A stretch of DNA of 64,000 nt from positions 26,794 through 90,793 of IMG/VR virus record IMGVR_UViG_3300048995_000011. The stretch is one strand, 5' to 3'. Each line of letters starts with the position of its first letter. Position 1 is the first letter of the stretch. This document shows positions 28,549 through 37,811 of this stretch, piece by piece. Source of the stretch: a virus (taxonomy: Duplodnaviria; Caudoviricetes). Position numbers and translations under genes: made by a program. Below the pieces are notes generated by a model, which did no database searches, was not told the DNA's origin, and saw only the letters and a list, made by a program, of their open reading frames with translations.

Positions 28549-29655
28549 GTGTGGTCGATGTCCACCCAAGCGCAGATCGCCCTCGGCCAGTCCCACTCCA
28601 TGTCAGCCCGGGCGGTCATCACCTCACCGGGATTCGGGGTACGGGCGATCGGCATCTCTGGGGGCAGTGTCGTCGCCGACGCCACCAGCCAAGTGCGGCG
28701 CACCGCCACCATCGAATGCGACCCACGGCTGTGGCCCGCCAACCCCACTGACCTGTTGGCGCCGTACGGGTCGGCATGTCAAATCGACTACGGCATCGTC
28801 CTCCCCAACGGCAACACCGAATGGGTACCCCTCGGCCTGTTCTCGCTTGACGAAACCACCCGTACACGGCCCTACACCGCAGACGGGTCGATCTCGGTGA
28901 AACTCGTCGACATCGCAGCCCGGGTCGCGGATGACCGACTGGATTCACCCACGCAGACAGTCCCCAACGCCACCACCGTTGCCGAGATCGCACGCCTAGT
29001 GCGCGCCACCGTCGGATCCAACCTCGAAGTCGTGGACCTCACCGGATCCAGCCACATCGCACCGCAGATCGAGATCGAACGGGAACGGTGGAAGGACGGC
29101 GTGGAGAAGTTGGCCGACTCCATCGGCGCCGAAGCCTACTTCGACCAGCTGGGCCGGCTGGTGATCCGGCCACAACCGGTACTCGACCAGGTCCCGGTGT
29201 GGACTATCAGCACCGGGGACCGCGGCAATTTGTTGTCCCAAAAGCAGACCCTGACCAGGGAACGGGTCTACAACCGGGTGGTGGCTTCGGGGCAGAGAAG
29301 TGACGGCACGTTACCGGTGTTCGCGGCCGTGTCGGACACCGACCCGGCGAGCCCCACCCGATACAACGGGCCGTTCGGGAAGAAACCCCGCTTCTACTCG
29401 TCCCCGTCGTTGACGACAGTCGCCCAGTGCACCAGCGCGGCTCAGGCGTTCCTGGACCGGGTGAGGGGTGTCGCAGCGCAGGTCACGAACGAGATCCTCG
29501 TCAACCCGGCCCTCGATCCGGGGGATGTGCTGTTGGTGCGCGACGACGAGACGGGCGAGTCGCGCCACATCATCGACAAGGTCACGACCCCGCTCACCCC
29601 TGGGGGGACGCAGCCGATCGAAACCCGCTCCGACGAACTGCCCGCAGAGCAGTAG
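28549..29655 (+). CDS. minor tail protein (DUF5047-like baseplate hub)
   Basis: ISGGSVVADATSQVRRTATI...YNRVVASG...NPALDPGDV. Confidence 0.75.
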   Translation: MWSMSTQAQIALGQSHSMSARAVITSPGFGVRAIGISGGSVVADATSQVRRTATIECDPRLWPANPTDLLAPYGSACQIDYGIVLPNGNTEWVPLGLFSLDETTRTRPYTADGSISVKLVDIAARVADDRLDSPTQTVPNATTVAEIARLVRATVGSNLEVVDLTGSSHIAPQIEIERERWKDGVEKLADSIGAEAYFDQLGRLVIRPQPVLDQVPVWTISTGDRGNLLSQKQTLTRERVYNRVVASGQRSDGTLPVFAAVSDTDPASPTRYNGPFGKKPRFYSSPSLTTVAQCTSAAQAFLDRVRGVAAQVTNEILVNPALDPGDVLLVRDDETGESRHIIDKVTTPLTPGGTQPIETRSDELPAEQ

Positions 29656-29663
29656 GAGGTGCT

Positions 29664-29888
29664 GTGGACACCGCGAAAGCCATCCACGCACTCATAGAGG
29701 ACGTGGTGGGGTCGATGCACAAAACCGGGGTTGTCACCGCACTCTCAGGCAACCAAGTGGTCGTGTCCATCGACGGCGGCTCGATCACCCTCCCCAGGCT
29801 GGCCAGCTACACGCCCGCAGTGGACGACGTGGTGCAGATCCTCGCCCTCCGCAGAGGCTCATGGCTCGTGCTGGGCAAGACGGCGTGA
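29664..29888 (+). CDS. small baseplate/tail protein
   Basis: GGAGG RBS; TGVVTAL...LASYTPAVDDVVQIL OB-like pattern. Confidence 0.65.
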   Translation: MDTAKAIHALIEDVVGSMHKTGVVTALSGNQVVVSIDGGSITLPRLASYTPAVDDVVQILALRRGSWLVLGKTA

Positions 29889-30304
29889 CCGCCGGCAATA
29901 CCTCCACCAACGTGGAGGGCATGCCGCGGATGGGTATCTCCCCAATCCTGCGCGCCATCCTCGTCGTCCACCTCGAGGTTGTCGGCTTCGGCTACCTCCT
30001 CAACGGCCCCCAGGCGTACAGCGCCGACTCCTTCACCAACATCCGCGAGCTCGGTGTTCCCATGTGGATGTGGTTCGCCGCCTACATCGCGGCCGGCGTG
30101 CTCATCGCCATCGGACAACACGCCCTGGGGCACAGCCTCGCGATCATCGTGTTCACCTTCTGGGGAGTGTGCTTCCTCGCCGCGTGGTTCCAAGGCCACC
30201 TCGACGGGTGGGGGTCTGTGGCACACCCCAATTTCCTCGCACTGCCTCTACATGTCCTCGGCGCTTGGCGTCGCACCAGTTCGCGAGTCCGGGGGGACGC
30301 ATGA
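29885..30304 (+). CDS. multi-pass membrane protein (lysis cassette)
   Basis: About four hydrophobic segments. Confidence 0.65.
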   Translation: MTAGNTSTNVEGMPRMGISPILRAILVVHLEVVGFGYLLNGPQAYSADSFTNIRELGVPMWMWFAAYIAAGVLIAIGQHALGHSLAIIVFTFWGVCFLAAWFQGHLDGWGSVAHPNFLALPLHVLGAWRRTSSRVRGDA

Positions 30305-30322
30305 GACGGAGGGGGCTGAACG

Positions 30323-30679
30323 GTGGATGTCGCCGCCGAGGCCGCACCGGCGGGACCGCCGTGGCTATCAATTATTGCCATCGTGTCGGCAGTCCTCGTC
30401 GCACTGATCACAGCCCGGGGCCCTGTCTGGCTGGAGAGGGCCAAAGCTAGATACGGCAAGGACAAGGGCGCGGCGGAGAGCAAGTCGAACACCTCAACAC
30501 CTCCGGTGATCGAGCGAACCGATAGAGCAATCGACCTGGTGGGTGAGGCAATGTCGGACTACCGCAAGGAACGCGACGAGTTCCGTGAAGAACTCCGCCT
30601 GGCTCGGCTGAGGATTGACTACCTCGAAGGGCAGCTCTATCTGCGTGGCTGGAAGGGGGACTCCAGCTGTGGACGATGA
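30323..30679 (+). CDS. single-TM protein with coiled coil (holin-like, lysis cassette)
   Basis: WLSIIAIVSAVLVALITA followed by a charged coiled coil. Confidence 0.65.
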   Translation: MDVAAEAAPAGPPWLSIIAIVSAVLVALITARGPVWLERAKARYGKDKGAAESKSNTSTPPVIERTDRAIDLVGEAMSDYRKERDEFREELRLARLRIDYLEGQLYLRGWKGDSSCGR

Positions 30680-31553
30680 GCGTCTCAAGAGAGGCCTGGA
30701 CGAGCTGCGAGAGACAACCCACGAACTGGTCGAACAGGCACCGGAGCAAGCCCACCAGGTGGCGAAGGAAACCGCCACGGATGTGGTGAACCGACGCTGG
30801 CCGAAGCTGTTCATCGCAAGCCTCGTCGCGAACGTGGTCATCTTCGCCCTGCTCGCACTTGGGCTGTTCAACGTCATGTCCGAACTGGCGTCCACTCAGG
30901 CTGCGCAAGCCCAAACCAGCGCCGATGTGGATGCGCTGCGCAAGGCCGCGGAGCAGTCGAAGCCGTTGGGTGACCAGGCGAACAAGGAACTTCAGCAGCG
31001 CGGCCAAAACCCGGTGCCTATCCCGGAGCCGGGGAAAGGCGCCGACACGGATGTGATCGTGTCCGCCGCCACCGCACGGGTGTTGGCGTCCATACCGAAC
31101 CCCACACCGTCGAACGCCCAGCTGGGGCAGGCGGTGGCGCAGTACCTTGCGGCGAATCCGGTGCGTCCGGGCCAGCCGACACCGCAGCAGATCTCCGCGA
31201 GTCTCGCCGGCTACTTCACCACGAACCCGCCGCCGAGTGGCGAGCCGGGAAAGCCGGGCGCCGATGGCCAGCCCGGCCAGGATGGCCAACCGGGTGCGAA
31301 GGGCGACAAGGGTGACACGGGCGAGCAGGGGCAACCGCCGACCGCCGAGCAAATCGAAGCTGCGGTGGCCGACTACCTGCGTGACCACCCGGAGGCGCTG
31401 TGCCCGAACGGCGGCACCTTCTCGCAGCTGCGGGTGATGCTCGCTGACGGTGGCACTGCGGATGTGTGGTCCTGCGTCGTGTCCACGACTTCGGCACCGA
31501 TCTCACCCACCCCACCCGACCTTCCCCAGATCATCCCTCCGTCCACGAACTGA
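30669..31553 (+). CDS. membrane-anchored collagen-like protein
   Basis: One TM segment then GXY repeats (GEPGKPGADGQPGQDG...GDKGDTGEQG). Confidence 0.75.
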   Translation: MDDERLKRGLDELRETTHELVEQAPEQAHQVAKETATDVVNRRWPKLFIASLVANVVIFALLALGLFNVMSELASTQAAQAQTSADVDALRKAAEQSKPLGDQANKELQQRGQNPVPIPEPGKGADTDVIVSAATARVLASIPNPTPSNAQLGQAVAQYLAANPVRPGQPTPQQISASLAGYFTTNPPPSGEPGKPGADGQPGQDGQPGAKGDKGDTGEQGQPPTAEQIEAAVADYLRDHPEALCPNGGTFSQLRVMLADGGTADVWSCVVSTTSAPISPTPPDLPQIIPPSTN

Positions 31554-31600
31554 GGTACGCGCCGGGATCCCCTCGATACTCCCGAGAGCTTGTGAGGTAA

Positions 31601-32449
31601 ATGATGGCGAACAGTTCATCCCGTAGCGGCGCCCGGGTCCTGTGGGTGGTGGTGCACACCGCCGAGGGCATCCGTAAGGCGTCCGACCTGAAGTCGTTCT
31701 TCGAACGGTCGACGAACTCCAGCTCGCACGCGGTCGCGGACGACGTGACACTGCTGGACAACCTCGTCCCCTACGACCGGGCTGCGTGGACGCTGCGCAA
31801 CGGCAACTCCCGCTCGGACAACCTCGAGCTGTGCGGGTTCGCCAGCTGGTCGCGGGCCGAGTGGCTCAACAACCACCAGGGCATGTTGAACAACGCTGCC
31901 GCATGGATCCGCTCCCGCTGCCTCGCCCGGGGCATCCCCATCCGCAAGATCGACGCCGCCGCTGTCGGCCGGAACGAGGCTGGGGTGATCGGCCACGTCG
32001 ACTACACCAACGGCAAACACGACGGCTCCCACTGGGACCCGGGCCCCGGATTCCCGTGGGACGTTGTCATCGCACGCGCCGCACAGGGCGGCGCTGCATC
32101 AAACCCGGAGGATGACATGCCACTCAATGACGCCGACAAGGCGTGGATCGCCGGCCAGTTCAAGACCAACACCGGCTGGTGGTATGACCCGCGTTTCCGC
32201 GGCAACGAGAACTACGCCCAGGTCATCCACGCGATCGCTGCCGACGCCGCGGCCGCGCGCCAGTTGCTCATCAGCAAGTCCTCGGCGACCGCCACGGAGA
32301 TCGCCGAGGCGCTCAAGCCCGGATTGGCCGCTGCGGTCCTCCCGTCGGTTCAGGAAGCGGTCAAGGCCGCCCTCGGCGCGGACAACGAAGCTCTCGCCCA
32401 GGACATCGTGACCAAGCTCGGCGAACGCATCGCCCAGCCCAGCGCTTGA
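31601..32449 (+). CDS. endolysin, N-acetylmuramoyl-L-alanine amidase (Amidase_2)
   Basis: VVVHTAEG, SSHAVAD, NLELCG, VIGHVD and HWDPGPGFPWD zinc-amidase motifs. Confidence 0.9.
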   Translation: MMANSSSRSGARVLWVVVHTAEGIRKASDLKSFFERSTNSSSHAVADDVTLLDNLVPYDRAAWTLRNGNSRSDNLELCGFASWSRAEWLNNHQGMLNNAAAWIRSRCLARGIPIRKIDAAAVGRNEAGVIGHVDYTNGKHDGSHWDPGPGFPWDVVIARAAQGGAASNPEDDMPLNDADKAWIAGQFKTNTGWWYDPRFRGNENYAQVIHAIAADAAAARQLLISKSSATATEIAEALKPGLAAAVLPSVQEAVKAALGADNEALAQDIVTKLGERIAQPSA

Positions 32450-32486
32450 ACCGTTCCGACCCAACGCTTCGAAAGGTGCTCCGCCC

Positions 32487-32705
32487 ATGAGTGACCACAG
32501 TGCAGTGCAGCCGGTGTCGGTGTTCCAGCGCTACCGCAAGGCCGTCGCCGCCGGCCTCGGCGCCCTGACCCCACCCGTCGCCGCCGGCCTCCTCGCACTC
32601 GTCGGAGTCAACATCGACGCCAGCGTTGCCGCGGTGCTGATCGGTGTGCTGTCTCCCGTGCTCGCGGTTGGCAGCACGGTGCGCGCGAAGCCGAACGCCG
32701 AATAA
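32487..32705 (+). CDS. holin
   Basis: 72 aa with two TM segments and RKAVAA motif, right after the endolysin. Confidence 0.75.
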   Translation: MSDHSAVQPVSVFQRYRKAVAAGLGALTPPVAAGLLALVGVNIDASVAAVLIGVLSPVLAVGSTVRAKPNAE

Positions 32706-32791
32706 CCCCGGATCGGGCTCTACAGGCATTCGTGCCTGCACCCCACCGGGGTTGTGACCAAACCGCTCGCGAGCACTAAGCGTCGCGAGTC

Positions 32792-32873
32792 GGCGCCGTC
32801 GTCCAGCTAGAAGGACACCGTTCCGGGGACGCCCGGGTAGACGGAAACGCAGGTGCAAATCCTGTCGACGCCA
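32792..32873 (+). ncRNA. tRNA-like RNA with expanded anticodon arm and no canonical anticodon
   Basis: GGCGCCG/CGACGCC acceptor, GTCC/GGAC D stem, CCGTT/GACGG stem enclosing a 17 nt insert, GCAGG-TGCAAAT-CCTGT T arm. Confidence 0.6.
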
Positions 32874-32948
32874 CTTTAATTTCACCGCCTCAATTTAAAG
32901 CGAAACGCCTTTTACTTTAATTCCAAACCCCGCAGGAGTTGTCGACCG

Positions 32949-33440
32949 ATGCCCTTCGCAGACCACAGCCGCGTCGTCGTTGAGCAGGTCTCCGACAACA
33001 CCTTTTGCCTCCAGGAGCCCCTGGTCTACCACGGCCACTACGAGACCTTCACCGTGCCCGCCGGCTACGTCACAGACTTCGCCAGCGTCCCCCGCCCTCT
33101 CGTGTGGCTAATTCCGACCTACGGCAAGTACACGCAGGCCGCGATCCTCCACGATTACCTGATCACCGATGCGCAGCCAGCCAGACTGATCACCTCGACG
33201 GACACGGATGGCATGTTTCGGCGCGTCATGCGCGAGCTGGGTGTTCCCTTCGGGCGCCGGTGGCTGATGTGGTGCGGTGTCCGGTGGGGGGCGATCTTCA
33301 ACCCCCGCCGACGCGAAGGCTCGTTGCGCACGCTACCGAAGGTGGCGTTGGTCAGCCTGCTCGCGCTGCCGATCGTGCTCCCCGGCGTGCTCGGCGTGGC
33401 CGTCAGTCTGCTCATCAGTGCCAGCACCTGGCGCACCTAG
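32949..33440 (+). CDS. DUF1353 family protein
   Basis: VPAGYVTDFASVPR...AAILHDYL...DGMFRRVM motif. Confidence 0.85.
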   Translation: MPFADHSRVVVEQVSDNTFCLQEPLVYHGHYETFTVPAGYVTDFASVPRPLVWLIPTYGKYTQAAILHDYLITDAQPARLITSTDTDGMFRRVMRELGVPFGRRWLMWCGVRWGAIFNPRRREGSLRTLPKVALVSLLALPIVLPGVLGVAVSLLISASTWRT

Positions 33441-33521
33441 CAACGCCACACCCCCCCAAAACAACCCGAAGGGCCGACCACACATCCCGTGGTCGGCCCT
33501 TCTTTACACCCAGGAGGACTC

Positions 33522-35087
33522 GTGGCACTGCCCGCCGATCTCGACCAGATTCGCGTCTACGGAACCTACGTGGACTACAACGGTGACGCGCGATCCGGGA
33601 AGTACACGTTCACCTCAGCCGTGCGCGTCCGGTCGGCAGCACACCACACCGCCGTCGTGGAGTCCTCCGTCATCGGCATCCTCGACGCCACGGGGCTTCT
33701 GAAAGCCGAAGACGGCACCACCGATCTCAAGCTGGTCGCCACCGACGACGCCGACGGCAACCCCACCGGATGGACGTGGACCGTCAAGGAGGAGATCACG
33801 GGCCTCTCGCCGCGGGTGTTCAACCTCTCGGTACCGGCCGATGGGGGCGACCTGGACCTGACGGGCGCCGCACCTGATGTTCCCCCAGTGAACCCGGGCG
33901 TGGTGGCCGTGACCAGGGTGAACAGCAAGTTCCCCGACTCCACAGGCAAGGTCACGTTGGTGGCGGGCGACATTCCCGCCGCACCCGTCAGCCACAACCA
34001 CTCCGCCACGGACATCACCTCCGGAACCGTCGGCTACGGCCGGCTCCCGGTCGGCACCACGGCCGGCTCGGTGGCCGCTGGCGACGACACTCGCATCACC
34101 AGCGCGGTGCAGCCCGCCCGCCAGGTCATCGCGGGCACCGGCCTCACCGGTGGGGGGAATCTCGCCGCGGACCGGACACTGTCCGTGGCTTACGGTACCG
34201 CTGCCGGGACCGCTGCCCAGGGCAACGACCCGCGGCTCTCGGACGCGCGGATGCCCACCGCGCACGCACACGCGATCGGTGACACCACCGGCCTCCAGGG
34301 AGCGCTCGACGGCAAGGAAGCCGCCGGCACTGCCGCCGCTGGGGACGCGGCACACGTCGCCGCGGTCGACCCGCACACCCAGTACCACAACAACACTCGC
34401 GGTGACGCCCGCTATGCGCTGATCACCCACGCGCACACCGTCTCCGACGTGACCGGGCTGCAGACTGCATTGGACGGCAAGTCCGATAGCGGTCACACCC
34501 ACGACTACAGCACCCTCACCGACATTCCGGCCAGCTTCCCCCCGGACGCCCACGTGCACCCCGTGGCGGATGTGACAGGCCTGCAGGTCGCCCTCGACGG
34601 CAAGGAAACCGTGGGGGCGGCGTCCGGGGCGATATCGGCGCATCTCGCTGCAGGTGACCCGCACCCGCAGTACCTGACCCCCAGTGAGGCGAACACCGTC
34701 TACGCCCCGGTGTCCCACGCCCACAACGCCACGGACATCACCGGCATCCCGATGCACGCCGAGTTCTCCCGGTCGGGGACGGTCACGGTCGGGTCGGGAA
34801 CGTTCCGCTGGTACAACGACTCAGGGAGAACCGTGTCGATCACCGCTGTGCGGGCTTCGGCGGGGACCGCCCCCACCGGGGCGCCCTTGGCGGTAGCGGT
34901 GAAGAAGAACGGTGCCGCGATCCCGGGTGCGAACGCGTCTCTCGCGGCGGGCAGCAACTCCGCGAAGAACACCGTCAGCGGACAAACCGTGGCGGACGGG
35001 GACTACCTGACGGTGGATGTGACCGCGGTCGGCAGCACCGTCCCCGGCTCTGACCTCGTCGTACAGGTGTGGGCGGTGATTGTGTAG
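33522..35087 (+). CDS. tail fibre-like protein
   Basis: GGAGG RBS; repeated HxHxxxDVTGLQxALDGK and DPHxQY units; beta-rich C-terminus. Confidence 0.75.
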   Translation: MALPADLDQIRVYGTYVDYNGDARSGKYTFTSAVRVRSAAHHTAVVESSVIGILDATGLLKAEDGTTDLKLVATDDADGNPTGWTWTVKEEITGLSPRVFNLSVPADGGDLDLTGAAPDVPPVNPGVVAVTRVNSKFPDSTGKVTLVAGDIPAAPVSHNHSATDITSGTVGYGRLPVGTTAGSVAAGDDTRITSAVQPARQVIAGTGLTGGGNLAADRTLSVAYGTAAGTAAQGNDPRLSDARMPTAHAHAIGDTTGLQGALDGKEAAGTAAAGDAAHVAAVDPHTQYHNNTRGDARYALITHAHTVSDVTGLQTALDGKSDSGHTHDYSTLTDIPASFPPDAHVHPVADVTGLQVALDGKETVGAASGAISAHLAAGDPHPQYLTPSEANTVYAPVSHAHNATDITGIPMHAEFSRSGTVTVGSGTFRWYNDSGRTVSITAVRASAGTAPTGAPLAVAVKKNGAAIPGANASLAAGSNSAKNTVSGQTVADGDYLTVDVTAVGSTVPGSDLVVQVWAVIV

Positions 35088-37084
35088 TGGCCGCCACTCT
35101 CGCCGGCACGGACGCCTCGCACGTCACTACCGCCACTGGAACCTCCGGCGCGCTGGTCGTGGCGAAGCCGAGCGGGCTCGCGGACCACCAGCTCATGGTG
35201 GCCGTGTGCTACGCCCGCAACCGGCCCACCACGGGGGAAGCGACGTTCACACCTCCCACCGGTTGGGTTGAGGCGACCCACAACGTCGGCAACGCGTCCC
35301 TGGCGGTGTACACGCGCTACGTGGAAACCGCGGTCGACGAAGCAGCAACCAGCTACACGTTCGCGAGCATCAACGGTGGGCGTTGGTTGGCGACGATCTT
35401 CCTCGTCGACGGGGTGGAATCCGCCACCCCCATCGACGTGTCCGCGATCAACGCGTCGTTCTCCGCCAACGCCGGTCTCACGGTGCCGTCGCTCACCCCC
35501 ACCGCCAACAGCGGGCTGTATGTGGGGGTAGCGCAAGGCCACCAGTCCAGCGCGTCGTTTACGTTCACCCCCAACGCGGGGATGACGGAAGTCGCGGACT
35601 TCAACATCACCTCCGGTACCTCGTTCTCGGCGCTGCACGTCACCGCCGAACCCCTGTCCAGCTCGAGCTCCGGGGTCGCGACCGGCACCCGCACCTCCGT
35701 CCCGTCCTCCGCCGCATCGAACTCCTCGGGCCTCTCTCTCGTCATCAAGGCAGGCGTGTTCACCCCGCCCCCGGCGACGCTGGTGTCCATGGCGGTCGCC
35801 GCTGTCCAGGCGGACCGGTTCCGTGCCGCGGCGCACGCCCTGGATGCGACGGACGGGCGCCTCGCCGTGTCCACGTCGGCGGACATGTCCAGCCCCGCCT
35901 ACGGCCCAACCGCCACCCCCGATTCCCGGGGCAGGTTGCACTTCACCTCGCCCACCGGGCTTCTCCCGGATCACGACTACTGGTGGTGCGTGGAGCTGAA
36001 CACCGCCCTCCACGACGAAATCGTCGGGCGGGTGCACACCCTGCCGGCGACAGGCCAGAACTCCTCGTTCTCGTTCGCCGCTGCCTCGTGTGCCCGCACC
36101 AACTCGAATCAGCCCGTGTTCGGCGCGGTCCGTTCGAGGACCGGCAGTACCGGACAGCGGGCTCTGTTCTTCATGCACCTCGGAGACATGGGCTACTGGG
36201 ACCTTGCGGACCATGGCAACGCCACCCTGGACGCCACCTACACCGCCTACGAGGGGGTGTTCGCGCAACCGGAGCAGGCGCAGCTGTACCGGGAAGTCCC
36301 GCTGGTGTACATGCCCTCCGACCACGATTTTGGCGGGTCGAACGCGGACAAGGACAACCCCAACGGGGCCAACTTTCAGGCCGCCTACCGGGGCATCTTC
36401 CCCCACTACGACCTGGTTCCGGACACCAACGCGGACGGGCAGGGCATCTACCACTCGTTCGCGATCGGGCGGGTCCTGTTCATCGTCACCGACGGCCGCT
36501 CGTACATGTCCAGCCCACTGGACGCGGACGGGCCGACGAAAACGAAGCTCGGCTCAGTGCAGAAACAGTGGTTGAAGGACCAGCTCGCCGACCCCGACTA
36601 CCCCGTGAAAGTCTGGTTCGGGGACTCGGGGTGGAACAACCTCACCACCTGGGTCCCAGAGCAGCCCGAAAACCGGTACGCCGACGACACCTGGTCCGGG
36701 TACAACACCGAACGCACCGAGATCGGCAACTTCATCGAGGACAACTCGATCTCCGTGTGGTATGTGCACGGAGACTTCCACGCCTTGGCGGCCGAGACCG
36801 GCACCAACAACCAGTGGGGCAGGTTCCCCATCGTCTGCAGTAGCCCCCTCGACCAGACCACGTTCATCGGCAACGGAACCTGGTCCGAGGGCTACTACCC
36901 GAACCCTGTGGACGAGACCACCCAGAGCCAGCAGTACGGGTGGTTCGATGTGGTCGACAACGGAGACTCCATCACCCTCGCGTTCACCGGCTACGGCCAG
37001 GACGGGTCGGCGCCCATCGCCATGGCCGCCACCTACCTCCTCGACGGTGGCGCCGAGTTCACCGGATGGGGGATCCCCCTCTAA
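35087..37084 (+). CDS. phoD: PhoD-like metallophosphoesterase fused to an N-terminal tail-type beta domain
   Basis: HLGDMGY, SDHDFG, FIVTDGRSY, KLGSVQKQWL and HGDFH motifs, preceded by a fibronectin-like segment; about 230 aa S/T/A-rich N-terminus. Confidence 0.8.
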   Translation: MAATLAGTDASHVTTATGTSGALVVAKPSGLADHQLMVAVCYARNRPTTGEATFTPPTGWVEATHNVGNASLAVYTRYVETAVDEAATSYTFASINGGRWLATIFLVDGVESATPIDVSAINASFSANAGLTVPSLTPTANSGLYVGVAQGHQSSASFTFTPNAGMTEVADFNITSGTSFSALHVTAEPLSSSSSGVATGTRTSVPSSAASNSSGLSLVIKAGVFTPPPATLVSMAVAAVQADRFRAAAHALDATDGRLAVSTSADMSSPAYGPTATPDSRGRLHFTSPTGLLPDHDYWWCVELNTALHDEIVGRVHTLPATGQNSSFSFAAASCARTNSNQPVFGAVRSRTGSTGQRALFFMHLGDMGYWDLADHGNATLDATYTAYEGVFAQPEQAQLYREVPLVYMPSDHDFGGSNADKDNPNGANFQAAYRGIFPHYDLVPDTNADGQGIYHSFAIGRVLFIVTDGRSYMSSPLDADGPTKTKLGSVQKQWLKDQLADPDYPVKVWFGDSGWNNLTTWVPEQPENRYADDTWSGYNTERTEIGNFIEDNSISVWYVHGDFHALAAETGTNNQWGRFPIVCSSPLDQTTFIGNGTWSEGYYPNPVDETTQSQQYGWFDVVDNGDSITLAFTGYGQDGSAPIAMAATYLLDGGAEFTGWGIPL

Positions 37085-37120
37085 CACCCACCTGCAAGAC
37101 CCGGCCCTTGTGGCCGGGGG

Positions 37121-37181
37121 AGAGCCCCAGCGCTCCCCAGCCCACTCCCCAGGGCCGGGTTGAGCGCTGGGGCTCTTCTTT
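37121..37181. terminator. terminator-like stem-loop between convergent genes
   Basis: 15 bp inverted repeat AGAGCCCCAGCGCTC/GAGCGCTGGGGCTCT followed by TCTTT. Confidence 0.65.
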
Positions 37182-37192
37182 GCGTCCAGGGG

Positions 37193-37396
37193 TCAGCCCC
37201 GGCGTCGTTTCGGAGGCATGTGGTCGGGGTGGGTGTGCGGGCGCCCCATGTCGTCGGGGAGCAGCTCCGCCGGCAACCCCCACGCGGGGTCGCTGTACTC
37301 GCGGACCGTCCACTGGTCGAGGTCGTCGCCGAGGACGCGGTGGTCGAGGAACGCACGCCACTCGCCCGTGAGGCGGTGGTCAGCGCGGTACGGCAT
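37193..37396 (-). CDS. hypothetical protein
   Basis: GGGGAG RBS on the minus strand; 67 aa. Confidence 0.5.
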   Translation of the reverse strand: MPYRADHRLTGEWRAFLDHRVLGDDLDQWTVREYSDPAWGLPAELLPDDMGRPHTHPDHMPPKRRRG

Positions 37397-37485
37397 CGCA
37401 GGGCTCCCCGGGAGGTTGGTCCGTCCGGGCAGGCGGGCCCGAACGGCCCGTCCACGCTAGATCGAGCGTTCGAGGATCGCAAGTG

Positions 37486-37734
37486 TCACGGGCGGTCGTC
37501 GAGGAGGTCGGTGTGGTGGACACCCAGGGCGTCGGCGATGCCGTAGAGGACGTGTAGGGAGATGTTCGCGCCTTGTGTCTCGATGCGGTTGAGGTAGCTT
37601 CGGGCGATGCCTGCCCGTTCGGCGAGGGCTTCTTGGGAGAGGTGACGTTCGGTGCGGGCGGTTCGGATGCGGTCGCCGACGGCGCGCATGCGCAGAGCGT
37701 AGAGCTGCCGTAGATCGTCGTCGCCCTGAGTCAC
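37486..37734 (-). CDS. XRE-family HTH regulator
   Basis: IRTARTERHLSQEALAERAGIARSYLNRIE...IADALGV. Confidence 0.9.
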   Translation of the reverse strand: MTQGDDDLRQLYALRMRAVGDRIRTARTERHLSQEALAERAGIARSYLNRIETQGANISLHVLYGIADALGVHHTDLLDDRP

Positions 37735-37768
37735 GCAGCGAATCGTAGTGGATGATCTTCCACGAGAA

Positions 37769-37786
37769 TGTCTACTATAGTGGACA
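37769..37786. promoter_or_regulatory. palindromic operator candidate in a divergent promoter region
   Basis: TGTCTACTATAGTGGACA, a near-perfect 18 bp palindrome next to the XRE gene. Confidence 0.5.
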
Positions 37787-37811
37787 GAAAGTCTCTGGCG
37801 GAGTACCTTCC

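Noticed and set aside
33990-34740. Repeats in the fibre gene as DGR template/variable regions
   Set aside because: They are coding peptide repeats (GLQxALDGK, DPHxQY); there is no reverse transcriptase and no adenine-specific TR/VR pair was seen.
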